Origin: Bugula neritina
Lineage: Eukaryota; Animalia; Bryozoa
Reading direction: 5' to 3'
Length of the DNA stretch: 64,000 nucleotides
NCBI GenBank assembly: GCA_964035545.1
Contig: OZ037765.1
Span: forward strand, 11,666,698 to 11,730,697
Below are positions 51,113 to 64,000 of this stretch, piece by piece. The translations under genes and the position numbers were made by a program. Every line of letters starts with the position of its first letter. Position 1 is the first letter of the stretch. The notes beneath the pieces were generated by a model that saw only the letters and a list, made by a program, of their open reading frames with translations, had not been told where the DNA came from and did not search any database.

Positions 51113-52543
51113 GTTCAGTAATCATTCTACTTGAAGTTCATTGGCATTATGATTATGATTATAATAGGTTGATTGTGATTATCATGATTGTGACTCACTT
51201 AATAAATGAGGTTTAGTCATCATTAAGAATATGATTATGTTTGTTATTATTCTATAAGTATAAACCATATTAAATTGATGACTGCCACCTAAGGGCTAAG
51301 GCTAAACCGCTACCTATGACTATGAGTAAGACCTTTATTTATCCTTGAATTGCATGTTACTTAAGTTTAACTTTAAAATTACTCAATGAATATGACGATT
51401 AGTAAGAATTATAATAATTACTGTATTTATAAAATTAAACCACAAGCTCAGGTTGATGCTGTGATCATCTCATTATGATCATGGCTGTAAAATATAACTA
51501 AAATAAATTATTCAAGTATTGTTATTAGAATTACTTTTATTTATGATAATAATCAATTATTATTTTTGTTACAAATACTATTATATTTATATATTTAGTT
51601 ATTATATTTATTAAATTTCATATTTGTTAATATAAGTATTATTTTATAAATTGATTGGCAACTATTGTGACCTTGTTTTCATTTATTTTAAATCATTAAC
51701 TTAAATGGTAAGGGTTAAACTAATTTGGATTATATTTATAAGATTAAGTAGTCTCAACATACACTCACACACAGGGAATCACTAAAAGGTAAAGTAGATG
51801 TAATGATTAGTCTTATTCGTATGCTCTATTCTTATTAGATTTAGTTTTATTCTTTAATTCTTAGTCTATCTAGTTAAAAACAACTACATTTTTTAAAGGA
51901 TTGTGCTTCTACTTCTAGAGCATACTAAGAATGTTGAAGTAAATGTAAGTAAATGTATTCATATCTCCATGCTCACATTGACTTTGAGCTTTGATTAATC
52001 AATTCGAATTTAAGCTTTCTTTAACTCATAGCCATTACTGTACTCATAGTGTAAGACTAATTTAAACTATACTGTTAGCAATATTGAAGCTATAATTCAC
52101 TAAGATTTTAGGTGAAAAGGTAGTTATAAGAAAACATAACTTCTAAAATGGTCAAACTAGATCAGCAATCAGTCAAGAAGAAACAATAAAGATCTTAATA
52201 CATTTACTAAACTTTGAAATATTAATATTGAGATCCGAAATTTTTTTTAGTGTATTGATGTCTGTCAGGGTATGATATAATAAAGAATCTTGCATGCTAG
52301 TCTATATAATGTTATGCTTACAAGGCACACCAATTGCTTTGTGTTTTAGACTGATCTAAATGAATTTACCACCAACACAGATTCTGGTAGACAAATAAAA
52401 CAGGTATCTTTTCATCAATAAAGTCAAGTCTTATGTATGAATTGTAATGGTTGTTATTAAAGTGGTGTTTCGTAGTGCTGAGCTGTTATATTGAATTATA
52501 AGTTATATACTTAAATATTGTATTTTAGAGACAACAGCTCAGA

Positions 52544-55500
52544 ATGTATACTTACCCAATCCTGCCTAGACAATCCAGCCTATCACTTCTAACACTATTT
52601 ATTTTTACCCTCACCATATTTTACACACACGCTTTGGATGAGGGGGCTCATTACACAGACACTTGGGCTGTAGAGTTTGATGCAGATCTCAGTGAAAAAG
52701 AAGTTGATGAAGTTGCTCATCAGTTTGGATTTGAAAACAAGAGAAAGGTACTCGTATATTTAAAGGGTTTAACTCATGTTTGTTTGCTGTTGAAGTATTT
52801 ATATATCAATGAGCTGCAAATCAATATTAATGCTCGTTTAATTTACTGAATGTGTGGCTGTTAAAACCAAGTTCTGTATAAGCTTAGCTCCCTAATTAGG
52901 AAATAGTCTGAGCTAAGCACAACTTAACGAATATTTCAGCTTCTTTTCATTCTTGTAACTTAACTTCTATATTGAAAGTGTTAACGGTTGAAGCACAGGT
53001 CATCAAACAGTTGTTTTATATAATACTTATGGCATATATATAGTTCAATATCACCTAACATATGGTTGAATGCTACAAACAGTTCTGTTGAATTTCATAT
53101 CTAATAGTAAAGGCAGTTGATATAATCTTTAGTAAGCTGAATATTAAATATATATTTTTAAACTAGTATAAAACTTCTTGCACTTTAAAGTCTACCATCA
53201 TTTCAAAGTTCTATTAAAGATTCAATTAATTTGTCATCACACTTTTGTTACATATTAGCGTAATATAGCTTTACGCAGAAGTTTAATATCGAGCTTTAAA
53301 GATTCAAGTGACTTATAACAAGTTTTTTTGCATTCCCATAATGAGACTGCTATTGAAGGGTCTATGTCCTTTGTATTTGAATACATTATTGCCTTTCAAG
53401 CACATATTGATTGTATACCATTGTATTGCATAATTAACATCAGTAGACACAAGGATTTTATAATGCTATAGAAATGAAGTTTTGATACTTTTCTATGATT
53501 TTTGTAAGCTTGTTGTAAATGAATTACATTTGATTTGTGAATTAATGTATTATATAAATTAATTTGCTTAGGTTTATAACGGTTCTGCAGAAAATAGGTA
53601 TAGGCCTTATAATTTGCTAAACACATTTAAGTCAGTACTAAGTACTTATAGCAACTATGGCGAGATAATAGCACTATTTTCTTGAAACTGTGTTTATAAT
53701 CATTCTCGTGTAACAATAGTGATATGGTATTTATGCAATCATGATTTGAGGGTCTTATTATTTTGTCACACCATTTTCATAAGAATGTTTGCGCTTTCAG
53801 TTGTTTGAAGACTTGAATATTTATGAGTTTTATCACCCAAGAGTATCGAAAAGATCTCTGAGCAGTTCTGATGAGCACACTGGACTCCTTTCTAACCACA
53901 ACGCCGTAAGTCTGCCTCTATACTGATTTTATCATCACTCACAACACAAGTGTTTACTGAAGCTAACTGAGACATTGTTTTATTTTATATAGTGATTTGA
54001 TATTTTAGGTGATATCAGCAGAGCAGCAGATTGGTAAAATAAGAAAAAAGCGAGACTACAACTCTGAACAGAGCATTACATTAAATGATAAATATTGGAA
54101 ACAAACGTGGTATTTGGTATGTTCTTTTAGCTTTATTTTACCTGCTAATGTAGCATTAATGTTATGTTTTTAAATTGATAAAATATACACATTTTATTTA
54201 ATTGTTTGTTATGGCATGTTCTGTGGAAGTTGCAACAATTTTGTATTTTTCTTCCTGGTAATTTAGAATAGAGGCGCCGATGGCCACTCGTTTGATATGA
54301 ATGTGATACCAGCCTGGCTGAATGGTTTTACTGGTAAAAATGTTGTCGTCACCATTTTGGATGACGGAATTGAAAAAAATCACCCTGATTTGAAAAGGAA
54401 TTATGTAAGTCAGATCAATATAATTAAATGAACAAATATAGTTTAACTGACGAATTATTTTATTACTATTACTTTTTCAGCAGTCACTTGAAAATGTTTG
54501 TCTTGAGTTTTTCTCAAAAATATGTTCAGTTTCGCTATAAATTTATTCAAATCTCAGTGTGTTGTCTGTTATTGATGTTTAAAAATGATATTTATTGAAG
54601 AAGATTGCAGTGTTAATTGGTTTATAACTGCTAATCTTAGAATATTATCGCTGGATCCCCCAATTACAGCAGAATATTCTGTAGGATCCTCAAGCTAGTA
54701 CTGATATCAATGGCAATGATGATGATCCCCAGCCAAGATATGACTTCAGCAATGAGAACAGACATGGCACGAGGTGTGCTGGTGAAGTAGCCGCTGAAGC
54801 CAACAATTCTATATGCAGTGTCGGTGTAGCCTACGATGCTAGTATTGGAGGTTAGTGTGCGCAATACAGACGCTTGATTTCATTATCAAGTAAAAACACT
54901 TGGGTATACTTTTTAGCTAGATGTGAATAAGTGTAACTTAAGTTGAAGTCTTGAGCAGTCCAAAGCAACTATAGACTATATTTCAAATAGTATGGTTATA
55001 GAACTGTAGCCCCTACTGCCATAATCCATGTAGGTAGTAGTAGTTTGTGTTCAGCTCTATTCATGCGGGTGTTGTTTACTGAGACTTCCATTAGATTATT
55101 GATCAATATTGATTTGAAGTGTCAGATTAATAGACATTTATTTGTCATCTTCAAGGAATTCGAATGCTGGATGGCAGTGTAACGGATGTAGTCGAAGCAC
55201 GCTCTCTCAAGTTTAACCGAAATCATGTCGATATATACTCAGCAAGTTGGGGACCGGACGATAACGGCCGTACCGTAGATGGCCCTGGAAAGCTGGCTAC
55301 CAAAGCTTTTGAAGACGGTGTGGCACAGGTTAGTATTTTATATGCACTTGAAGGACCCTGCAGTAGATATTATGTATAACACATCATAATTAGTATCTAA
55401 TTCAATATGATGATTATGTATAGGGCCGGAATGGCAAAGGCAATATATTCTTGTGGGCATCGGGAAACGGTGGAAACCATCACGATTCATGCGCATGTGA

Positions 55501-58500
55501 TGGCTACACGAACAGTATCTACACTCTGTCAGTGAGCAGTGCCTCTGAGAGTGACACCAAGCCTTGGTATCTGGAACCATGTGCCTCTACATTGGCTACA
55601 ACTTACAGCAGCGGCGCCACTGGAAGGGAAAAACAAGTAGGCCAAGTTATAGGGCTTTTGTTTTATACACGTGTACATTTAAAAAGGTTTTTTAAATACA
55701 GACTTTCTGTCACTATCCTACAATAATTTAAAATATCTTTATATATTGATGTCAAATATCATTTCCACATATTATATTTCCATTTTGTATTTTAGATAGT
55801 TACGACGGATTTAAGAAAAATGTGCACAACCAGTCATACAGGCACCTCAGCATCTGCACCTCTGGCAGCTGGTCTCGTCGCTGTTATGCTTCAAGCCAAG
55901 TATGTTGGCCATTCAATAAAACTTGTTGCTAATAACTTGCAGGTAGTAATTCCTTAAAATCTAGTCTCACATATTAACATATATTTCTGTTGCCAGTACA
56001 AATCTGACGTGGAGGGATGTTCAATATGTTACAATGGCTGCTGCGAACCCGGAACCACTTCTCAGAGCTGGGGATTTCAAAACTAATGGAGCTGGTAGAA
56101 AATGTGAGTACTGGTGTCTACTGGTTGCTGTGAAATGCTTTGCTTGTCAAACCTCGTGTACTGCATAGGCTATATTAACTTGAATTTTCAACATTTTTTT
56201 GCAGAAATGATTTTGAATATAGCATACATATACATATTACTGAGTTTGGTTGAGTGAAGCTGTTTATTCATACCAGCTTTTTTGTTGTCCTGTAGTTTTA
56301 GTTACAATATTTTTTCGTAAAAATATTTCATTTTCAAAATTTCGAATTTTTTTCTGGTTTATTATTCTGTATAAACATTGTATTTTAATGGCTATGCTTT
56401 TTTAGTTTTTATCAGATTATTAGCAGTTTAAAGATTTGTCCAACCATAATTTGTGACGACATTCAATATCCGTTAATTTTTTGCAGCATAAGTACTGTCA
56501 GCAGCATCTCATTCAGTGTTGTTACTGCGTTGTTCTAGTTAGCCACAAGTTTGGATATGGACTAATGGATCTAGGAGAAATGGTGGTTCTAGCTCAGTCC
56601 TGGAGAAGAGCTCCAATTCAACTAATAAAGCGCTTGCCGAAAGTAAATCCAGACGCGTATGTTAAATCTACTCTTGCAACATTTTAAAACTTAGAATTAT
56701 CAAAATTTTATCAAGAACATAAAACATAGTACTATCTGATTTTCACAGTTTCAAATTGTAGCTAACTCATACGTGATTGTTGGATTTTTTAGCAATTTGA
56801 GGAAGAAATATACAAAAACACTGCATGTGCCATCTTGCTCAAAGAATGATATGGGTTGTATCAGGTATCTAGAACATGTTCAGCTGGTGCTCACGATGAA
56901 ATCGATCAAAAGAGGTCATTTGACAGTAAGTGTTTTGGGATAACAAGCCAGCTCTGCTATTGGATATTACCTACATGTAAACTTGAGGGTGGCGGTTAGA
57001 CCAGCCACACTAGCTTCCTTCTATGTACACCCTTTTGTGTAATAACTTTTATTTGTAGTGTTCTAGCTTTGCTTTATATGATAGTCAAATTTGTTGAAGT
57101 CAAATCTTCTACTAACCTACAGACTAGATGTGAAATATGATCAACTGTTAGCTAATCAGTGTGCACACTTTAATACATACAATCATTGAATACCCAGGTC
57201 AAGATTAAAAGTCCAAGAAATACAGTGTCGACATTACTGCCTGTGCGAAGTTCAGATATCTTGTCTGCTGGATTCACCGATTGGCCATTCATGTCTGTAC
57301 ATTTCTGGGGAGAAAACCCATCTGGAGATTGGGAATTTGAAGTAGACAATGGGAATATGAATGGCATGTATAGGATTTAGATTTTATATACCTTTAGATA
57401 ACTTAGTTGTGACAAGTAACGCTTTTTGTGAAATCTTTTGAGTTGATACACTGGCACTCCTGCAGTCTATTATTACTTCATGTGATCATGGTAACAAACT
57501 GTTTGAACATGTTACACGCAGCATTTTTAATGCAAGGATATTTCTGCCATTTCGAAGTGACATGTGGCTGTAGTAATTACTTGTGAAGTACAGCTATCGC
57601 TAATGCTGGAAGTAATGATGTTACAGGAGAACTCAAGTCTTACCAACTTGTACTTTATGGCGTCTCGGTTGATCCGTTTGACAAGAATAGACCAGAGTTA
57701 CCGGATGAGATCAGCTGCCACCGGACATGCGCTGCCTCCACTGACTCCAATCTGGCTTGCTTTGGCTCTGGACCTGATCAGTGTAAGAAATGCAAGAGTG
57801 AGCTGTATCAAGTGGAGGACACAAAGTAAGATATGGTTTTATTATCCCCTACCTTATGTAAAGGAATGTAATTTATGAATAGGATAAGAAACCTCTTTCA
57901 CTGTTTGCTTTTGTATTATTTGCTTTTTGTTTTCTTCGAGATTCAGGTTTAGTAAAAACTCATGATGCATAAAATTTCTTCAACTTACTTCCCTGTTTGC
58001 ACTTTTATTATCTTGCACCTATTGATGATATATTCCTTCAACGATCTTAAAGTTAATTTATTTTTTTGAAAGTATTTCAAGCTTTACGCTAATATATAAC
58101 TTGTTGAATTTAAAATAAAAATAAAATATCATATATAATATATCTAATAATGTTGATTAAAGTTACATGAACTTTGCAATCACTACTCCAAATTTTGCAT
58201 GAGTTTATAACACATTGAGAACTGTTTTCAGTGTAATTACAAGGTAAATAATGTTTTGTTGATAGTTGTGCTGCTTCCAGTTAAACCTTGTTTTCTTAGT
58301 TTTCGTTTTGTTGAATTGTTCTTTTTCTATCAAGTATTTTGATTATTCTATTTTATACGCAAAGACTACATTGCTTGCTTTTTATTAAAAAGGCCCAAGC
58401 AGTTTTCGATTTCTGCCAAAATCATGTGAATATCTTAGAATAGTTATGTTATTTCTAGTTATTTGAAGCTTATTTCCGAAACTGTTGTTAGAGAAAAGAA

Positions 58501-61500
58501 CTATTTCAATATAAATTGAGCTCAAGTCTAAATTGTTGAATATAACACTATTGTTTTGCATCTTATTTGATTATTCTAGTATGTGTGTCGAGGATTGTGG
58601 CAAGGGCTATTATAAGAAAGTTTCTGAAAAACTATGCGCACTGTGCGACAAGTCGTGTGCCACTTGCTCTGCTGGAGGTGCGACATCGTGCACTTCCTGT
58701 GAAGGTGAACTGCTGTTAGACAGTGAAGGTCATTGTTCTGATGAGTGTCCCACTGGATTCTTTCCTGGTTAGTAGTGTTGGCTGTTGTACAGCTATGCAA
58801 CTTTAATCTGGAGGCTTGAAACGTGATTTAAATTGTTGAAAAGTTTGTCTTCCATTTTGTACGAAAATTATTCTAATATATTTTGTACCTTTTTTGCTGT
58901 GAGTAGAATTTTTTAAAACTGTGCCTGCCGTAAATAATATGTGTGATGCCATTAAATTATGCATATCGAAATTATAATCTATATTTATACTATATTTAAA
59001 ATGATACTGGGAAGTTTGCACCGCTCTAACTGTAAATAATCAACCTGAATGTTATCATCTGCAACCAATATTTGACCAAATATAATCTCAAAGTTTTGCT
59101 GTTTAATCTGCTGTTTCAATCGGTCATATGTTTTGAATAAAAATATTGGATTTTTGTTTTGTTTTTAGGCCCTTAGTAGCGAATATTCTAAAAAGTGCTT
59201 TGTTCAGTAAATGATTATTTAATGATTGAAAACACATGATGCTTTTAATAAATTGAATCTAAATACACTGTGTATTAGGAGCAGTTCATGTTATAAATTA
59301 TATCATACCATATCATATTTTACACTAAAATTATTTTTTATATTTCAAACAAATATCATTTCTAGTATTTTAGATTAAAGAAAATGGTTATAGTCACTTT
59401 TGACATTAGCTTTTGTATTTTTGCTGCATCTTAATTTGGCTAAAATAATAAATACAAGTTTTAATGTTTTGAAACATGTCAAATGTTACATCATTTCAAT
59501 CAATATAGACAGAAATGTGATGTTTCAGTTATGTTATATAAATGTTGTGAACACCTTCTGTAGCAAGTATGTTATGTTTACAGCACCAGATGCCAATGCT
59601 TGCCACGCTTGCAGTGATAAATGTACGAACTGCGTGTCGCTACACGATTGTTTAAACTGTGGCGCTGGGTTTGAAGTTGTGAAAGGAGAGTGTAAGGAGC
59701 TGTGTAAAGACAGGTATGATACATATTCACACCAGCAGGTGCTATATGGTGCTTTATCTCAACCATATACTTGCCGTTTACACTATGAATATTTTCTTGC
59801 AGCTTTTTTTCAATTTCTCTAACTCCATATTTTGTGACAATGAATTTAAAATTCAAAATAAGCTGCATGTGCTTATCTGCTATTACACAATAATGCCTGG
59901 TTGGTGCTGTAAGTGCTATGCTACTATCAGTATGATTGTTCTAAACACGCTGTTGTTTGTTGACACTGGTGAAATTGTATGTAGCAACTATATATAATAT
60001 ATTAATTTCATTTGCTGTAGTGATTTTTCTTCTGTCCTGTTAACAGAGCAATTACTAAGCAACTTTCTAAGGTAGTCTCAGATTTCTAGAATTTAAGACA
60101 AGTTGGAAACTAAGTGAAGATTACTCCTCATTCTTACTGGGATACCCAGTTTATCAGTAACTGTCTCTTATTTTATCACTCTGTAGCATTAGCTCTATAA
60201 AATAATGCCTAGTTCTAAATGTCAGGAACTGCAGCATTAGCTTTGATATTGTATAAAATAATGCCCAGTTATAAATGATATATAATAATTGCAAACTTAT
60301 TGGCATTTAATGTACAAGACATAAGTGTTGGCATTATTATTGTCTACTATTTCCACATGCTTCACTTCTTTTGCAGTGAATACAGAAATGATGAAGATGA
60401 ATGTGTGTCATGTGAGAATACCAACTGTCTAGTGTGCACTGGGCCACACACCTGCGTAGGCTGTAATATCGGTTACTTCCTCTACCACGGTAACTGCACT
60501 CAGAAGTGTCCTCAACAAACATACATCAAGAAGACTGGCCGTGACAGTGGACAAGATGAATGTCACGAGTTTGTTATATGCAATAATTCTTTGTGGATAA
60601 ACCTTTATTACTGACCTGTGTTGTGTATAATAGTGCAGATTTTTGTTTCTGCTTTTCAATTTATATTAGAGCTATTTTCTATACTAATCGTTCATGATAG
60701 GTCAACTGCAGTTACAATCTATTTAAGTTTGTTAACATAGATTGTGATGAAATCGATTTGGTTCACACATAGTGTCTGTGTATGTTACAGTTGCCACGAG
60801 AGCTGTGAAACATGTAATGATGGTCTGGATAACAATTGTCTGTCTTGTTATGATCTGTACCAGCTGAGTTCCTCCCACAAATGCATACGCAACTCTACGT
60901 GTGAAGTGGGGAAGTTCAGGGAATTGGATATCGGTGACTGCGAACCCTGCCATTCCTCGTGTCAGACATGTCACGGGGCGGGGTCTCTCGACTGTACTTC
61001 CTGTCATAATGAAACGTAATTTAAGTCTTGAATTTCGTTTACACTTTCACAGTTTTTTGTCCGAAATTCAATTTGACCGAGTTAAAATTCCGCCGAGTTG
61101 CATTGCTTTGTAAAAGCCACTTGAGTCTCTGCTGTTCCACACACCCTGGCAACTTGTGTTTCTTTTCTTGATTTTTTTTAGTCTTTTAGTTTTTGAACTT
61201 GCATTTACAAAACCACCATCTCTTTCACTTTAATCTGTAGACTTTCTATAAATTACAGTTATTTAAAAGATGGCTCATGTGTGAAGGAGTGTGGTGACGG
61301 AATGTTTAATTACGTCGATGGGCATGACAATCACGCTTCTTGCCAACATTGTCATCCATCTTGCCTTAGCTGCTTTGGTGAGAAAGATAATCAATGTCTG
61401 AAGTGTCCTGAATTTATGGAATTAGTTGATGGGAAATGTAATTCAACCTGTCCCACAGGGTAAGAAAGCACATTACACTACCTTACCAGTTATACTAGGG

Positions 61501-64000
61501 TGCAATGCAACACTTAACTGAGAGTTGTATCACACTGTATGTGTATAGGAACTTAAACGTGTGATGTAAAGTTTTTGCTGCTTATGGAATAAACAAGTTT
61601 GTAATGCACTGGATACTTATAGCAAACGTGTATTGATAATAAATTGGTAACCCACATGTGCTATTACTCACTCAGTCATATTTAGTTCTACATAAGGTTA
61701 AAAGTAGTGATTTCAACCTTTTTTTAGGACATACATTTATAAGAATAATGATAAAAAGGAATGTCGAAATTGTTCGAGGACATGTTCAACCTGCAGTGGT
61801 CCATCTGAAGCAGACTGTATAAGCTGTGAGGGTGAAAAATCACTAACACAAGGTATAGTATATGCCTCTGACTGCTTGAAATAAATGTTTGGTATGCAGT
61901 GTAGACACTTGGTCAATGTGCATGCACAAAGCTGTCTGGCAAACGGAAAGTTCTGCAACATCTTTAGTTGTTTCTATACCAACAAAACTATTTTGCATTT
62001 TAGAAGGAAAGTGTGTGACCAAATGTGAGGATGGTTACTTCAAGAAAGGCTTGTCTATGGAAGGAATGCAAACTGATTACGTTTGCCATCCTTGCAATCT
62101 CCGCTGTGCTACATGTAAAGGTGATTTTATAATTTTAATATGCAGTCTAGTTGTAGCAGTTATAGTAGGAGTTCTCATTGTTAAGAAGCTGATGTCTGTA
62201 AGAGTAGATTTTGTCGTAATACAGTTACTTATCTTTTGATCCGAGTTGTTGGGACTCTTTATTAAGTTTACAAATTTACAAAAGTTTGCAAATTCTAATT
62301 GATAGAAGCAATTTTTTATCTCCAATAAATGTTGCTGTTGTGTTATGTGTCTGAATATTAAATGTATGTGTAAATTGGAAATCATTATCTTTAATCCCTT
62401 TAATATTTCGTGTAAAGCAGGTGTGGAGGGATTTGTTCTTTGGTTGTATTTGCTAGTTTATAAATAATACCTGCACCTACGCAGAGTTTATTGTATTTGT
62501 TGTATAATTGTGAAGTTGCATGAGTAAGGTGGTTTATTCCCATGTCCAGGAGAGCTTTCTTCAGAGTGTCTCTCGTGTCGTGATGGTGATGTGTTGTTCC
62601 AAGGTCATTGTAAAGAGAGAACTCAATGTTACGACAGTCAGTACTACAATGCCACAGCCAATGTGAGTTATAGCTATTCCTGGCTTACAACAGCCATTAT
62701 TCAGAGTTTGTAGGCCATAACAGGGCTGCTTTATGAAATATAGTATGTGAATGTTGTAGACACAAATAACTTTATTCACTTCTCTGACTATGAATTGGGT
62801 TATCTAATTATCCACTTCATACAGTTGCAGGTGAGGGTTAAGTATGAATACAATGGATACTGTTACTCATTTATTATCATATTTGTTTATTAATTTATGT
62901 AAAATGGGGGTTTTGCTATTGAAAAGGAAAATAAAATGCATGTTTTTGTTGGAGCTATAGTAGCTAGCATACCAGTTACTACAGTTTTCTGGTTGGCTTT
63001 CACTAATAGGAGTGTCTAAGTTGCAACAGCATGTGTGTCAGCTGTGTTGGACCAAGTGAGCATGAGTGTACCTCGTGTGCACCTGGACAAGAGCTCTACC
63101 CAGATACCAAAACCACTTCTTCATCGCCTACAACTCAACGTCCAGTTGGAAAATGTGTTTTGTGCTGCTCTAGTGACCAAACTGACCCTTCTCTTTGCTG
63201 TGATTGCAGTCAACATGGTAAGAACTTGTCACATCTCCACATATACATTTATTCTACAGTATATAAACTAATAGAACTGCTCTTTGATGGACAACAACGC
63301 TATAGTGTATTGCAGTATTTTAAGCATTTTCCAACTACTAAATCCTAAGTAGGCCTAATGGTTACTTACATAGCAACTTACACTGGCATTTTACTGCTGG
63401 CCATTTGACTATCATGTGGAATTTACTCATACAAATATGTGTCAGGTTTCCATAAATTTATTGAATACGCTTGGAGTAGAGTTGCAAGTTTGTAATTTGT
63501 ATTCCACTTTTTGCAATAGAAGTTATTGTGATACATTTAACTTGGTAGGTCGTCTTGCTTTTTTAGAAACTACTTTTATGATTTATTATTTTCATTGAGT
63601 ACTCATAAGTTTTTTACAATGTAAGCACTAATATATTGTGGTATATTTTCGAAATTGCATAAAGTCTCAGGCCTAAATATGTTTTTCTAAGTCGATTTAA
63701 TTCAAAGTGAAGACAGTTTGAAATATATTTTTCTACAGGTGATCACCCATCTCAACTTAGTCAGCTAAAATCTGTACTTGAGAAATGGTAACAGTTGTTC
63801 GTATAATACTCTAAACTCATCCACATTCTTTCTATTATAGCTTCACTGCACTCTTTTCATAACAGTGACGTCTATTTCTTTCATAATAATCTTCTAATTT
63901 CTAGGTTCTCCAGTCTGCGGAAGCATCGATCAAAAGAAAGCCACTACTAAAAGTGTTGAATCTTTGACAATAGAACAACATAGACCTTTCATATCTATTG
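52544..64000 (+). CDS. PCSK5: Proprotein convertase, PCSK5/furin-2-like (S8 kexin family) with long Cys-rich region; 3' end beyond window
   Basis: Exons 52544-52747, 53801-53905, 54009-54116, 54267-54404, 54685-54850, 55156-55328, 55424-55636, 55796-55899, 55997-56103, 56539-56656, 56793-56925, 57198-57363 (GC donor), 57594 (or 57627)-57825, 58580-58767, 59584-59713, 60377-60568, 60791-61015, 61241-61459, 61728-61852, 62004-62120, 62550-62662, 63010-63217, 63905-end. Signal peptide, prodomain (YTDTWAV, RVSKR, RKKR|D), triad ILDDG / HGTRCAGEV / GTSASAP, oxyanion WASGNGG, P domain ([25 protein letters not shown]), CxxCxxxCxxC furin-like repeats, CC..CCDC juxtamembrane motif. Confidence 0.93.

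Noticed and set aside
60180-60280. Short local duplications (also 38009-38076, 17146-17169, 6826-6851)
   Set aside because: Ordinary slippage duplications; no repeat-spacer structure, so not CRISPR-like.
39680-64000. LanC-like gene head-to-head with a subtilisin-family protease, echoing bacterial lanthipeptide clusters (LanC + LanP)
   Set aside because: Both are intron-rich standard metazoan genes; LanCL lacks a signal peptide while the convertase is secretory; no dehydratase, transporter or precursor peptide is visible. Conserved linkage in distant animals would be needed to revive the idea.

Overview
AT-rich, intron-containing animal (invertebrate-type) genomic DNA; no prokaryotic features. 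Exon models were built by hand from splice sites and checked for reading-phase continuity. Five protein-coding genes, left to right: (1) the 3' part of an ARHGAP21/23-like PH+RhoGAP gene (+, 18.9-28.6 kb, with a probable extra exon at 12.2 kb; 1-18.9 kb is mostly its intronic/promoter DNA); (2) an unrecognised multi-exon gene (-, 29.2-32.6 kb); (3) an ankyrin-repeat gene with an N-myristoylation motif (+, 35.1-38.7 kb); (4) a LanC-like gene (-, 39.7-47.5 kb); (5) a PCSK5/furin-2-like proprotein convertase (+, 52.5 kb to window end). Mobile DNA: an intact single-ORF Rex1/Babar-type LINE in a LanCL intron, a decayed RTE LINE with a 70-bp-TIR MITE nested in it, a hAT MITE and a palindromic foldback element. 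Most notable: the LanCL gene has two tandem, equal-length (141 nt) copies of the active-site GAAHG exon, one resembling vertebrate LANCL1 and the other LANCL2, separated by an intron with an 18-bp RNA stem and a branch-point-like motif 12 nt from the upstream donor - a candidate mutually exclusive splicing switch. Also, every putative promoter is a small CpG-containing core next to long tracts with cryptic 6-bp periodicity. Family assignments rest on motif recall, not database searches.
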